The notes beneath the pieces are model-generated. The model was not told the origin of the DNA and did not search any database. It was given only the letters and a program-made list of their open reading frames with translations. DNA of 45,393 nt, taken from assembly GCA_964440135.1 (NCBI GenBank), contig CAYTQQ010000014.1:1-45393 (forward strand). Reading direction: 5' to 3'. How positions within the stretch are numbered: the first letter of the stretch is position 1; every line of letters starts with the position of its first letter. Below are positions 1 to 9,275 of the stretch, piece after piece. The position numbers and the translations under genes are program-made. This DNA comes from an uncultured Cellvibrionaceae bacterium. GTDB taxonomy: Bacteria; Pseudomonadota; Gammaproteobacteria; Pseudomonadales; Cellvibrionaceae.

Positions 1-2198
1 CCGTCCTCCGGTTCGTCGCCATACAAATGGACATCACCGCTATAAATAGGCACGCTATTGGATGGTGCACCCCAATCTTCGTCCGTCGTCGAGTATTCCT
101 CCAGCCAAGATGGGTCATTCTCATTGACCCAGTACACCTTCGTTGCATCGGGTACGCTCAGAACAAATTGCACCTCGGTGCGGTGCTGTGATTGCCCACC
201 GGGATAAATCACCGCGCCGGAAACATCGATTTCAACGTAGTAAAGATTCTGTGCAATATTCCAAGGTTTAAGTGCAGAAATTACCGCCCCGGCGTGTTGC
301 GTGTAATTGAGTTCCGCGGTGACATCGGACGCGCTTAAACTCTCGGCAATTAATTCAGAAATATCCACAAAATAACGAATTTTTAGATTGTCCAGCGCTT
401 GAGCGGGATAGCCCGTATGGTTTTGCACCACGACTTTAAGGCCGATACGGGAATTGCTGCCATTGTTGCGCTGTACGCCAACGACCCATTGATCTTTATC
501 CGGAATGGATTTTGGTGGAAATACCGTGTCCGCTAATGGCTCTCCACCGTACAGTGCGTAAAGTGCAGCCAGCGCGCTGGTAAATCCTGCGTTGTAATCG
601 GTTGCCACTTCATTGTCGATATAATTATCCCGATCATCCTCATAGGTTATATCGTCCGTTGGTCCGCCAACCAACGCGCCGTATAAAATATGCCGGGTCT
701 TTTCAGGCACGGATGAAGAATCCCACCACGATCCATGCGCACCGCGATGATGTGGATTTTGCGGGGGATTGTTGCCAAAGCCAATGACGTAGCTGCTGTT
801 GCGTGGATTATCCCCCAGCGCGTAATCGATCTGTCGCTTAGCAAACGTGTGATATTGCGCTTTTTTAGGATGGCCAGCAGGGAGCTGGTCGGCGTAATAC
901 AGGGCAACAAACGCCGTATTAGACGCATACCGGAGCACACCCCACACATCGACCACTATTAAACCCGATGGCGAGCGCCGGCCATCGCCGGTGCTCCAGT
1001 AATCGAGCCAACGCTCCACATCTTCGCTATAGCGCGCGGTTTCCGGCTCCAAGGCTGCCAGCAGCGCATAGACGCCAAACGCTTTGTCATTCCATCCCTG
1101 CGTCCACCGATAGACCGGAATGTCGGATTGTTGTTCGCGTCCCATTTTGCCGTAATAGTTTTTGGCCGTGCTCAGATAGGCTGCATCGCCGGTTGCACGG
1201 TAAAGCCATGTGGCACCCCAGGCGAGTTCATCCCAATAAACGCCGTGATTGGCATTGTAAAAAGTTTGCGCATCGGTGATGCAATTCGAATAGGCATTGT
1301 CTTTGCCATCTGATCCGACGGTGATTTCGGCAAATTCGTACAGCTGGCGTGCGTGTTCCAATAATGTAAGTGAATACGCTTGATCGTCTGGTGCAAATAC
1401 CATGGACGAAGCGGCCATCGCGGCAGCGGTTTCAGCTGCCAAATCGACGCCCGGGCACGACAAGTCGATTTTGAATGACGGGCGCTCTGCCAAACCAATT
1501 TCATGGTGCATGACTTCTGGCGATCCCCACCAACTGTGGTCCCGACTTCCCAGTCCCACTTGGCCGAACAGTTCGTAAGGAGCCGAGTGCGCGGCAATAA
1601 AATAATCGTTGATAAAACGCAAATTGTTGAGCATATGCGGCAACTGGTTAGAGCGCACATACGCCTCCCGATAATCGACGGCACCCCACGCAAGAAGCGT
1701 CGCACTGGCGGCCATGGGAAAGCCAAATTTAACGTGATCTCCCGCATCAAACCACCCGCCACGTAAATCCACGCCATGGTCGTCGCCGTCTTCCGGGGTA
1801 GCGTTGCCGCGCCAACTCACACGATTCCAATCCGGTAATTCTCCGGCTTGTTGAGCCTCATAAAAATACCAGGATTTTTGCAGCGCTTCGCCATAGCGAA
1901 ATTGACCCGTTCCGTTACAGTCCGACGCTTCACAAGATGAATGTCCCGATGAGCTGCTTGAGCTTGAATGACCGCTCGAACTTGTGGAACTCGTCGAACT
2001 GCTCGAACCATTTGAGCTACTTGAGCTACTGCTTGAACTTGTCGAACTGCTTGAGCTGGTAGAGCCGCCAGGAATATCGGTTTCGCCTTCCGAGCCACAG
2101 GCAGCCAAAAACAACGCACTAACAATCGTCACAAACCATTTTAAATATTTGTGGTGCGTATTGATTATGTGTTGAACCGCCGTAGCTATATGCCGCAT
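1..2198 (-). CDS. GH9 endoglucanase with C-terminal CBM3c-like module; lipoprotein with poly-Ser linker (3' end runs off the window)
   Basis: Not in the ORF track. Hand-translated from ATG 2198 (RBS-like GAGGA upstream): lipobox FLAAC, Ser-rich linker, FRYGEALQKSWYFYEAQ, GGWFDAGDHVKFGFPMA (GH9 catalytic Asps), PHHRGAHG, NEVATDYNAG (catalytic Glu, ~590-615). It ends ...VPIYSGDVHLYGDEPED, which resembles a CBM3c C-terminus. The frame is consistent at every motif checked. Confidence 0.92.
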   Translation of the reverse strand, partial: MRHIATAVQHIINTHHKYLKWFVTIVSALFLAACGSEGETDIPGGSTSSSSSTSSSSSSSSSNGSSSSTSSTSSSGHSSSSSSSGHSSCEASDCNGTGQFRYGEALQKSWYFYEAQQAGELPDWNRVSWRGNATPEDGDDHGVDLRGGWFDAGDHVKFGFPMAASATLLAWGAVDYREAYVRSNQLPHMLNNLRFINDYFIAAHSAPYELFGQVGLGSRDHSWWGSPEVMHHEIGLAERPSFKIDLSCPGVDLAAETAAAMAASSMVFAPDDQAYSLTLLEHARQLYEFAEITVGSDGKDNAYSNCITDAQTFYNANHGVYWDELAWGATWLYRATGDAAYLSTAKNYYGKMGREQQSDIPVYRWTQGWNDKAFGVYALLAALEPETARYSEDVERWLDYWSTGDGRRSPSGLIVVDVWGVLRYASNTAFVALYYADQLPAGHPKKAQYHTFAKRQIDYALGDNPRNSSYVIGFGNNPPQNPHHRGAHGSWWDSSSVPEKTRHILYGALVGGPTDDITYEDDRDNYIDNEVATDYNAGFTSALAALYALYGGEPLADTVFPPKSIPDKDQWVVGVQRNNGSNSRIGLKVVVQNHTGYPAQALDNLKIRYFVDISELIAESLSASDVTAELNYTQHAGAVISALKPWNIAQNLYYVEIDVSGAVIYPGGQSQHRTEVQFVLSVPDATKVYWVNENDPSWLEEYSTTDEDWGAPSNSVPIYSGDVHLYGDEPED
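1945..2062 (-). repeat. Poly-serine linker coding repeat (GH9)
   Basis: Runs of AGC/TCA/AGT/TCG codons encoding STSSSSSTSSSSSSSSSNGSSSSTSSTSSSGHSSSSSSSG; boundaries approximate. Confidence 0.85.
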
Positions 2199-2290
2199 TG
2201 CCTTTTCCTCTCAAGCCGTAAGCTGAAATTTGGAAATAAATCCTTGTGCCACGATTTACCTATTCAACAGTTTCCAAGACAGCGATTGAA

Positions 2291-3604
2291 TTAATGCGTC
2301 GGCTCTGTCCAGGGGCGACCTTGCTGATCGCAGGTATAAAAAGACTCGTATTTATCCTCCACAAGATGTCCGCTTCCAGCGACGTGATCGGTAGCGGCGC
2401 AGGTAGGTTTTGCACAATCCTGCATAGTGGTGGTGATATAACCTGTTTTAAATGAACTATCTCTGCTTGCTGCTTCAGGCGTCAGGACATTCGTTATGAT
2501 CGCGGGTTTATTTTCTTTTAGCCGACAACCGGTGACTTTTGTTAAGGCTTTCGGGCACTGCACGCGCTTGGCATAAACCTTCCAATTCAAATGGTAAAAC
2601 GACTGAGTGTTATTCGATTGAATACACGAATGCCGTGTCGAATCCGTTATCCAAGATTGTTCGTGAACAATCTTATTGCAGTGAGAGTCAACCCACGAAA
2701 CACAGCCGGATGACGATAGCGTCGCTTCGGTCACCATATTGGTTGCTGTTTTGCAGTTGGTTCCATTGCCTGGATTGCCAGCGGGTTTAACACCGCCGTC
2801 CCATCGCTGCCCCACCTCCGGATATTCTTTGTAAAAAGGCTGAAAACCTTGTGTGGGTCCCATGCATGCGTTGACCGCACCAATCCCACCTCCGCCGACA
2901 AAAATATCAAAACTGTGGGCTGTCGCTCCGGTGTTGAATGCCTGCACGATCATCGGCTTGGGCAGTGGTACCGCCGATTTTCCGCCCTCTATGACTTGTG
3001 CTTCATCGGGCAGATACGGAATTAACAGGTAGCACTGACAGCACACGGACCGCCCGTCCGGCTCATCTAATATGCCACCATCATTATCGTGTCCGACAAC
3101 CGCGTAATTAAAAGGAATAGATCCATCGGCAGACCAGTCATTTGCTGCCGCATCATCCAACGCCGCCTGTTCCAACTCATCGGAAAACAACATATAGCGC
3201 GGACAAATGTAGCCAGGCTCACCCGGCTTGCCTTCATTGTGGCCTGCCGATGGTGGCGTACATAAACCGCCGCATTCACTGTTGGGATCGCCGGGAATAC
3301 AACCTTCCACATAATATTGATTGACGCAGTGATCCGGCGGCGGCAATGCATAGCTACCGGGCAATATAGGCCCTGGATCACTGTCACCTAAACCTGACGA
3401 ACTGGAGCTGGAACTGGATGAGCTTGATGAACTGCTGGAGCTGGATGCGCTAGATGAACTACTGGAAGACGAATTGGTTTCAATAGGGTCTGCACCACAC
3501 GCCAACAACATTAGACTCACAGTGAGAATAAATATTTTTCGGATACCGAACACTTTTCCGCTATTGAGAACAGTATTGTGTTGATTGCTGGAAACGTAAA
3601 ACAT
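2291..3604 (-). CDS. GH45-like endoglucanase, apparently circularly permuted; lipoprotein with poly-Ser linker
   Basis: Lipobox LLAC and Ser linker. GH45 motifs CCQCYLL, MIVQAFNTG, FDIFVGGGGIGAVNAC and RVQCPKALTKVTGCR are present; the normally N-terminal T-x-x-x-D-C-x-K-P-x-C motif (TTMQDCAKPTC) lies at the C-terminus. Start placed at ATG 3604 (RBS GAGGAG); the ORF extends to 3619. Confidence 0.8.
   Translation of the reverse strand: MFYVSSNQHNTVLNSGKVFGIRKIFILTVSLMLLACGADPIETNSSSSSSSSASSSSSSSSSSSSSSSSSGLGDSDPGPILPGSYALPPPDHCVNQYYVEGCIPGDPNSECGGLCTPPSAGHNEGKPGEPGYICPRYMLFSDELEQAALDDAAANDWSADGSIPFNYAVVGHDNDGGILDEPDGRSVCCQCYLLIPYLPDEAQVIEGGKSAVPLPKPMIVQAFNTGATAHSFDIFVGGGGIGAVNACMGPTQGFQPFYKEYPEVGQRWDGGVKPAGNPGNGTNCKTATNMVTEATLSSSGCVSWVDSHCNKIVHEQSWITDSTRHSCIQSNNTQSFYHLNWKVYAKRVQCPKALTKVTGCRLKENKPAIITNVLTPEAASRDSSFKTGYITTTMQDCAKPTCAATDHVAGSGHLVEDKYESFYTCDQQGRPWTEPTH
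3400..3473 (-). repeat. Poly-serine linker coding repeat (GH45-like)
   Basis: Encodes a run of about 25 Ser residues interrupted by one Ala; boundaries approximate. Confidence 0.85.
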
Positions 3605-3756
3605 CGCCTCTCTCCTCATCCCAAACAGGCCTGCGTGGAATGATTTATGTTGTGCAATTCAAGACCTCAACGATATAGGCTTTTCTGCCAACCTAAGCTT
3701 TGCTAAAGACCTGCTCTTTTTTAAAGACGTAGGCTTTACTACACAAGAGCTCAGGC

Positions 3757-5235
3757 TTATCGTCCTCTGGGCTCAGTCCCACCACGGCTATAATATTCAT
3801 TGACGGATAAGCCGCCGCCACTCAGTGGCGTATCTTGATCCAGGCCAACATAGCGCCCTTCGTGTTGCCACAGAGCGGTTTCGAGCAATGCGTATTTTTC
3901 TTCATCCCAGGTTAACCAGTCGTGACCAACAAGGCCGCCGGTATCTCCCGAATTAGGATTGAGGCACCAAAACGTGTGGTGGATTTTTTTCTCCACCATT
4001 AAGTCTCTAAGCTCGGTCATCCAGTGCTGATTGGCACCGCCATCCATATGTCCGCCCCACTCCCCAATCAACAGTGGCGCGATCTCTTCGTCGTGAATAT
4101 AGAGCCAATTGTCGTACCAAACGTCTGTAATTAAAGTCTCTTTGGTAAAGCCATCATAAAACCAACTTTGTGGCCATACGGATGGACCATAGTCATGGGG
4201 AGAATACATAATTTGGTGTTGATGGTTCGGCACACGAATAGGATAATCGCGTACACCACGCAAATTCCCTCCCCACCAAGTATTATAATAATCCCCCTCT
4301 TTTGAGGAATCCCACGTTATACCGTCTTTAGGGTAGGACTCTACGCCCTCCACCAGTATCAGTACATTGGGGTTGATAGCCAAAATCTTTTGTGCCGTTA
4401 TTTCAGCCACACGCTTCCAATTATTCGGATGTTCGGAATTGTCCCAACGTGCCGCATCTTTCGATTGATAGGCTTTTCCGTGAGGCTCATTCTCTAAATC
4501 AAAGGCCACCAAGGTGTCATTGTGTTTATAGCGTTGCGCAACCCATTCCCAGGTTTCGATAAATTGCGCTTCAGTGATTTTTGAGGTGTACCAAAGTGGT
4601 GCTACGTGACCGCTGTTATCCGCTTCGGCACTGTGGACGTCGAGCATAATTTTTAAGCCTAATTGATCCGCAAGTTCCAGCGTTCGATCAAAAATCGCCA
4701 GCGAACCCATACCCTCAAGCTCGGGGTTTACAAATGTGTTGACGACAATGGGAGCCTCAATACCGGCTTTCCATTCCACCAGTAATTCAGTGGAAATGGG
4801 CACGCGAATCAAATTGATTCCACGCTGTGCCACTTGCTGTAAAAATGTTTCAAGATGTGCCGCCCAAAGCCCGTGAAACACTCGCTCTGAAGCATTGAAG
4901 CCAAACCAGTTTGCGCCGGTTATCCAGGCAGCTCTTCCCTGACGATCAACAATGGAGTTACCGTCAATTCGCAACCAGGAGAGATTGTCAGCCGTTGGGA
5001 TCTCGCCAGTAGGTGTTTCTGGTATTTCGGGTACGTCGGGTATTTCTGGTGGATTAAGTGGCGATTGCGTGGGGGTCTCTGGTGACGCCTTAGGTACTTG
5101 AGTTATCGAGTTATCTTGTCCACCACAAGCCGTAATGAACGTGACAAAAAACACTGCAGCAAGCGTTCTTCGCAATCGACTTTCCCGATGAGGTTGGTGT
5201 AATTGAAATAGCTTCTGTATTTTTGAGTTCATCAC
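3757..5235 (-). CDS. GH5 endoglucanase (cellulase, GH5_1-like); lipoprotein with Pro/Glu/Thr linker
   Basis: Lipobox ITAC; PETP/PEIP linker; GANWFGFN, LIRVP, DLENEPHG (acid/base), YSPHDYG, LLIGEWGG (nucleophile), FWCLNPNSGDTGG. Confidence 0.93.
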   Translation of the reverse strand: MMNSKIQKLFQLHQPHRESRLRRTLAAVFFVTFITACGGQDNSITQVPKASPETPTQSPLNPPEIPDVPEIPETPTGEIPTADNLSWLRIDGNSIVDRQGRAAWITGANWFGFNASERVFHGLWAAHLETFLQQVAQRGINLIRVPISTELLVEWKAGIEAPIVVNTFVNPELEGMGSLAIFDRTLELADQLGLKIMLDVHSAEADNSGHVAPLWYTSKITEAQFIETWEWVAQRYKHNDTLVAFDLENEPHGKAYQSKDAARWDNSEHPNNWKRVAEITAQKILAINPNVLILVEGVESYPKDGITWDSSKEGDYYNTWWGGNLRGVRDYPIRVPNHQHQIMYSPHDYGPSVWPQSWFYDGFTKETLITDVWYDNWLYIHDEEIAPLLIGEWGGHMDGGANQHWMTELRDLMVEKKIHHTFWCLNPNSGDTGGLVGHDWLTWDEEKYALLETALWQHEGRYVGLDQDTPLSGGGLSVNEYYSRGGTEPRGR

Positions 5236-5384
5236 ATCACCGTTTATCTACAAATATCAATACCAAAATACGCAGGAGGGACGCTGAGAGCGGCCAGAAG
5301 AGAATGCCCCTACTAGCCAGTGCAATGACTTATGCGCGTACTCCTATATGTGTACTGGGAATCCATTCCCTTATTAAGTGCGGA

Positions 5385-8300
5385 TTAAAATAGATATCGC
5401 ATGCCCACTTGGTAGCGCGCACCGAGATCTTCCAGATACTGCGTCATTCGCTCTGATCGGGTGCGCCAGCGGACGTTTTCTTCGGTAAGATTTAACCCTT
5501 CAACAAATACATTCAGATGATCATTGACCTCGTAAGAAACACTCAAATCAATTTGATAATACTTGTCGACGTACACCGGATTACGAGACGATCCCTGATT
5601 GGTTTCCCGTAGAAATTGATCTCTCCAGTTATAGGCGAGCCGAGCTTGCACACCATGCTTGTCGTAGATTGCAACCAAGTTCGCCGTGTCACTAAGACCC
5701 AAAAGCGCAAATTGTGCTTCACTGGGGTGAGCTAAATCATTAAAGCTCACATCACCGTTCACCGCGGTATAGTTCGCTTGCAAACCAAAACCGGTATCAC
5801 CAAAAAAGTGTTGCACGGCAATCTCCAGTCCATCGATGGAGGCCTTTTTATTGTTGACCGGGAAGGAGGTTAACCACACGGCATCTGGATCGTCCGCGTG
5901 TGCGTGAATGTCGTAATCACTGGCGACATCAATGGCAAATTGAGCGTCGACTTGGTTGGTATTTACCGCGCCCTTCACGAAGTCTGCGGCACCATCGGGA
6001 AAATCTGCAGGATTATCCAAAATCGCCGTCATCACAAACAATGAGGTGTTATTAACCGCAACACCTATGCTCTCCAATGCCGCCGCCGCTGCTGTCACAC
6101 GCGGTCCGGTACTAACATCTTTCATACCATAATGGCTTTCCATCGCCTGCGCGGTACCAATAAAGTTTTTGACATCTTTATTAAACCAGCCAATGGACAT
6201 ATAGCTGGCCTCATCGAAATACCATTCCACAGAGATATCCGCGTTGACGGATTCAAGGGGCAGTAAGCGAGGATTTGCTCGCCGAGCAGTAGGCACCGAG
6301 CCAAGGTGGGTGGGATCCGTCTGTGAAAAGCCTGACGCACCAGTATAGAGGTCACTATAGTTTGCGCGCGCAATGGTTTTGCTTGCAGAGAAGCGTGCGA
6401 CCAATGTATCTGTCAGCTCGACATTGAAATCTAAGCTCGGCAATACATTGCTGTAGTCACTGGCTTCACGATAATTAACCTTTTGGGAATCATCGTAAAT
6501 GGTGACCTGAAAATCATTATTGTCCTGCCAGGGTAAATAACGTGGTGTGCGAATTTGTGCAGAAGACGTTACGTCGGTTTTTTCGTAGCGCACACCGGCC
6601 AGTAATCGGCTTTCTTTTCCCGCTATATTAAAAGCTCTATCGTATTGAAGGTAGAAAGCGGTGATGTCTTCCTCGACAAGATTATCCTGGGAGAAATTTT
6701 TGTCGGCTTCACACAACCATTCTTGACCGGTACCTGCATCCACTCCGGGATAAAGCGCGACAGTGCGTGCGCAAAGTGCCGCTACATCAATGGCTCGCGC
6801 ACCAGACTGGAAGGATTGACTGACATCGTAGTCATCGAATGCCGCCACCATATTGAACATGGTGATGTAGTCGGTGATTTCACCGGGATTATTAACGCCC
6901 CAAGTGCCGAGGTTAACCTGTCGTGTGGAGGCCTGCTGGGTCATCTCCGCCGAACGATATTCCGCACCTACCTCAAAAATTCCAACATCGGATTCATATC
7001 GGCCTTCCAGCATTAATTGGGTAACATCCATCAGCTGCGCCGCATAGAAAACTCTCCCCTGCTGCGTTCCAAAATCTCCCTCATCCAAAATTTCGTTACT
7101 GTTGCCCCGTGTACTGCTAGTGCCATCATCGGCCCAAGTATAATTACCGATCGGCAGGTCACCACTAAAATCAACCCACTGCGATGTCCCAACAGGTGCG
7201 CCTATAGCGATCGCCATCTCACCACTGTCACCTGGCCCTGATGGTAAGTTTTCCATACTCGATGAGTGAGCATCAAAGGTTAAAGAAAATTGATCCGTCG
7301 CTTGCCATTCAAGGTTAAATCCGAATGACTCGAGGGTATTGGTTTGCTCGCGCAGCTGCTGCTCGTAACCCATGTCTTTACCAGAAACCACTTCATGGTA
7401 ATAAATGGGTGTGGCGACCTCACTATCATCAAAAATGACATGGTCCGCGCTAGAGCCGTTGGCGAACCAAATTGTCCACTCCCCCCGGTGCTCCCAGGAT
7501 TCCACTTCCGCATAGGTAAAGTCACCGGTCAAGGTAAGGTTTTCTACTGGGACATATTGCACAGTCAGCTGTGCATTGGTGCGCTCACGACTGCGGTCGG
7601 CATAGCTCCAACGGAAATCATTTGGCCGCGCATACAGTTGGCCATCGTCGGGTGGATTAACGATATTTGCCGTTATTTCATTTGCCGCATTGCGCGTCCA
7701 GGAGTACAGATTGTTCTGATTGTTTTCAATGGCTTGTGCATCCCATACATCGATATTCCAGTTGTTCTCATGGCCACCCGCGATGCTGGAATCACGCTTT
7801 GAGTAGCTGGCGGTTAAACTCGCACCAAACTTATTTTCATCACTAACCCAACTGACTAATCCCGATACTTCGGGTGTGATATCGTCACCGCCATTATTGG
7901 TTGTGTCATGCATGGCTTTGACAGAAATGCCGATTTTCTGCTCAGCACTTTCCAATGGACGCAGCGTGACGATATTAACGGTTGCGCCGATACCTCCGGT
8001 GGGAACATTTGCCCGTCCCGTTTTATAAACCTCAACCCCACTGACACTCTCGGAGGCAAGATTGGCGAAATCAAAGGCCCGTGTGGCACCACCGAATGTC
8101 CCACCTGCGCCACTACCACCTCCGTAGGTAAAGCCCGAAGGCATTGTGCGGCCATTCAATGTCACCATATTATTGGCAGCACCAAATCCCCGAACGGTTA
8201 TCTGTGATCCCTCACCATTGACTCTGTCGATCGATACACCGGTAACACGCTGCAGTGACTCTGCCAGGTTAGCGTCTGGAAATTTTCCGATATCTTCAGC

Positions 8301-8498
8301 GGATATTGCATCCACAACACCGGCAGAATCTCGCTTTATATCCATGGATTGCACCAGCGAGCTCTTTATGCCCGTCACCACAACCTCTTCTATTATGGGG
8401 TTATCTTGTGCTGTCGCTAGGCTCCCGTAAAACGACAAGGTTAAAGAGGATATGGCAGACGCAAGAAGCTTTTTTCGAAATCGACTTTTATGATTCAT
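5385..8498 (-). CDS. TonB-dependent receptor (probable oligosaccharide uptake)
   Basis: Signal peptide, TonB box-like EEVVVTG, plug motif DAISAEDIGKFPDANLAESLQRVTGVSI, C-terminal GMRYLF; 1037 aa. Confidence 0.95.
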   Translation of the reverse strand: MNHKSRFRKKLLASAISSLTLSFYGSLATAQDNPIIEEVVVTGIKSSLVQSMDIKRDSAGVVDAISAEDIGKFPDANLAESLQRVTGVSIDRVNGEGSQITVRGFGAANNMVTLNGRTMPSGFTYGGGSGAGGTFGGATRAFDFANLASESVSGVEVYKTGRANVPTGGIGATVNIVTLRPLESAEQKIGISVKAMHDTTNNGGDDITPEVSGLVSWVSDENKFGASLTASYSKRDSSIAGGHENNWNIDVWDAQAIENNQNNLYSWTRNAANEITANIVNPPDDGQLYARPNDFRWSYADRSRERTNAQLTVQYVPVENLTLTGDFTYAEVESWEHRGEWTIWFANGSSADHVIFDDSEVATPIYYHEVVSGKDMGYEQQLREQTNTLESFGFNLEWQATDQFSLTFDAHSSSMENLPSGPGDSGEMAIAIGAPVGTSQWVDFSGDLPIGNYTWADDGTSSTRGNSNEILDEGDFGTQQGRVFYAAQLMDVTQLMLEGRYESDVGIFEVGAEYRSAEMTQQASTRQVNLGTWGVNNPGEITDYITMFNMVAAFDDYDVSQSFQSGARAIDVAALCARTVALYPGVDAGTGQEWLCEADKNFSQDNLVEEDITAFYLQYDRAFNIAGKESRLLAGVRYEKTDVTSSAQIRTPRYLPWQDNNDFQVTIYDDSQKVNYREASDYSNVLPSLDFNVELTDTLVARFSASKTIARANYSDLYTGASGFSQTDPTHLGSVPTARRANPRLLPLESVNADISVEWYFDEASYMSIGWFNKDVKNFIGTAQAMESHYGMKDVSTGPRVTAAAAALESIGVAVNNTSLFVMTAILDNPADFPDGAADFVKGAVNTNQVDAQFAIDVASDYDIHAHADDPDAVWLTSFPVNNKKASIDGLEIAVQHFFGDTGFGLQANYTAVNGDVSFNDLAHPSEAQFALLGLSDTANLVAIYDKHGVQARLAYNWRDQFLRETNQGSSRNPVYVDKYYQIDLSVSYEVNDHLNVFVEGLNLTEENVRWRTRSERMTQYLEDLGARYQVGMRYLF

Positions 8499-8688
8499 AC
8501 TATTCTTATCCCATCGTTGCTTATTTTAATGAAGCTTTGCAACTTACGAACCTCCCCAAAATGCGGCCTTTTTCTACGCGAGGCATTCACACAATGAATC
8601 GCAAGCGAGCAGCACTAAATGCCCATCACTCATCATTATTGGCTTTTAACAAAATTCTTTTTAGGGTGTTCACAAGTCAACCCGATTC

Positions 8689-8742
8689 TTTTTACAGCAA
8701 GGCATCCGCCAGAACAATTAAGATTCAATAATTTTTGGCTAT
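8689..8742 (-). promoter_or_regulatory. LysR/OxyR-type box copy 1 and putative promoter of the TonB-dependent receptor
   Basis: Minus strand ATAG-ccaaaaa-TTAT-tgaatct-TAAT (8742-8717) overlapping -35 TTGTTC, then a 17 nt spacer and a weak -10 TAAAAA preceded by TG. Confidence 0.55.
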
Positions 8743-8860
8743 CGCATTTTTTATCTAAAAAACGTACGACTAAAAAGTCGTTCTCCATTCTTTACGACGC
8801 CACAAGATAAATTTTAAGAAGGGGCTAAAGACAGGCTTTTTGGAGGGAATTATTTTGAAC

Positions 8861-8891
8861 AAAAAAAACCCGGCCAAAAAATCTGGCCGGG
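8861..8891 (-). terminator. Rho-independent terminator of sRNA A
   Basis: 8 bp stem CCCGGCCA/TGGCCGGG (8869-8891) followed by T8 on the minus strand. Confidence 0.85.
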
Positions 8892-8982
8892 AATGCAAAG
8901 GCACTCGTTTGGAATGGCTCAAATAACCGCATAGCATATTACTCAGCCCTCAGAGTTGGGGAGCCAACACCCGACGACCTTG
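8861..8982 (-). ncRNA. Putative sRNA copy A (unnamed)
   Basis: Has its own promoter and intrinsic terminator; shares blocks CAAGGTyGTCGG, GCTCCCCA and CTCTGAGrGC with copy B. Confidence 0.6.
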
Positions 8983-8987
8983 GTGCA

Positions 8988-9041
8988 ACAATAAGATTGA
9001 TGGTCACAAAGCACAATACTATTTTGATAACTTTTGGCTAT
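8988..9041 (-). promoter_or_regulatory. LysR/OxyR-type box copy 2 and sigma70-like promoter of sRNA A
   Basis: ATAG-ccaaaag-TTAT-caaaata-GTAT (9041-9016); -35 TTGTGC, 17 nt spacer, -10 TATTGT. Confidence 0.65.
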
Positions 9042-9141
9042 CGCATAATGCAGCGTAGCTCCCAGCCTTATCCTTATCGAACAGCTGACGGAACAGCTCT
9101 AAATTTAGAGAGCGCAGTGACTTAGAAGAAAGGGTTTTCAG

Positions 9142-9181
9142 AAAATAAAAAACCCAGCCAACATGATTATTGTTGGCCGGG
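9142..9181 (-). terminator. Rho-independent terminator of sRNA B
   Basis: 11 bp stem CCCGGCCAACA/TGTTGGCTGGG (one G-U pair) followed by a T-rich tail on the minus strand. Confidence 0.85.
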
Positions 9182-9270
9182 AAGCTAATACGCATTACTG
9201 GGCAGATATAACGCGATTAAATATCGGCTCTCAGAGCTGAAGCCTGGGGAGCTCCTTTCCGACAACCTTG
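9142..9270 (-). ncRNA. Putative sRNA copy B (paralog of A)
   Basis: Has its own promoter and terminator; 5' CAAGGTTGTCGG, GCTCCCCA and CTCTGAGAGC blocks shared with copy A. Confidence 0.6.
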
Positions 9271-9275
9271 ACAAC

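Noticed and set aside
602-2175. Short ORFs in the track, including 1172..1777 (-), 1817..2125 (-) and the Leu/Glu-rich 1984..2175 (+)
   Set aside because: Off-frame or antisense shadows of the GH9 gene and its poly-Ser linker
8306-8810. Plus-strand ORFs 8306..8731 and 8619..8810
   Set aside because: Antisense to the receptor start and promoter, with no recognisable motifs
9079-9110. GAACAGCT direct repeat and CTCTAAATTTAGAG palindrome
   Set aside because: Short, single occurrence, compatible with chance
8861-9270. Twin units as a CRISPR array, riboswitch, PrrF/RsmZ/Spot42 or small-peptide genes
   Set aside because: No regular repeat-spacer pattern; no recognisable aptamer or known sRNA core; the ATG-initiated frame in unit A is not conserved in unit B
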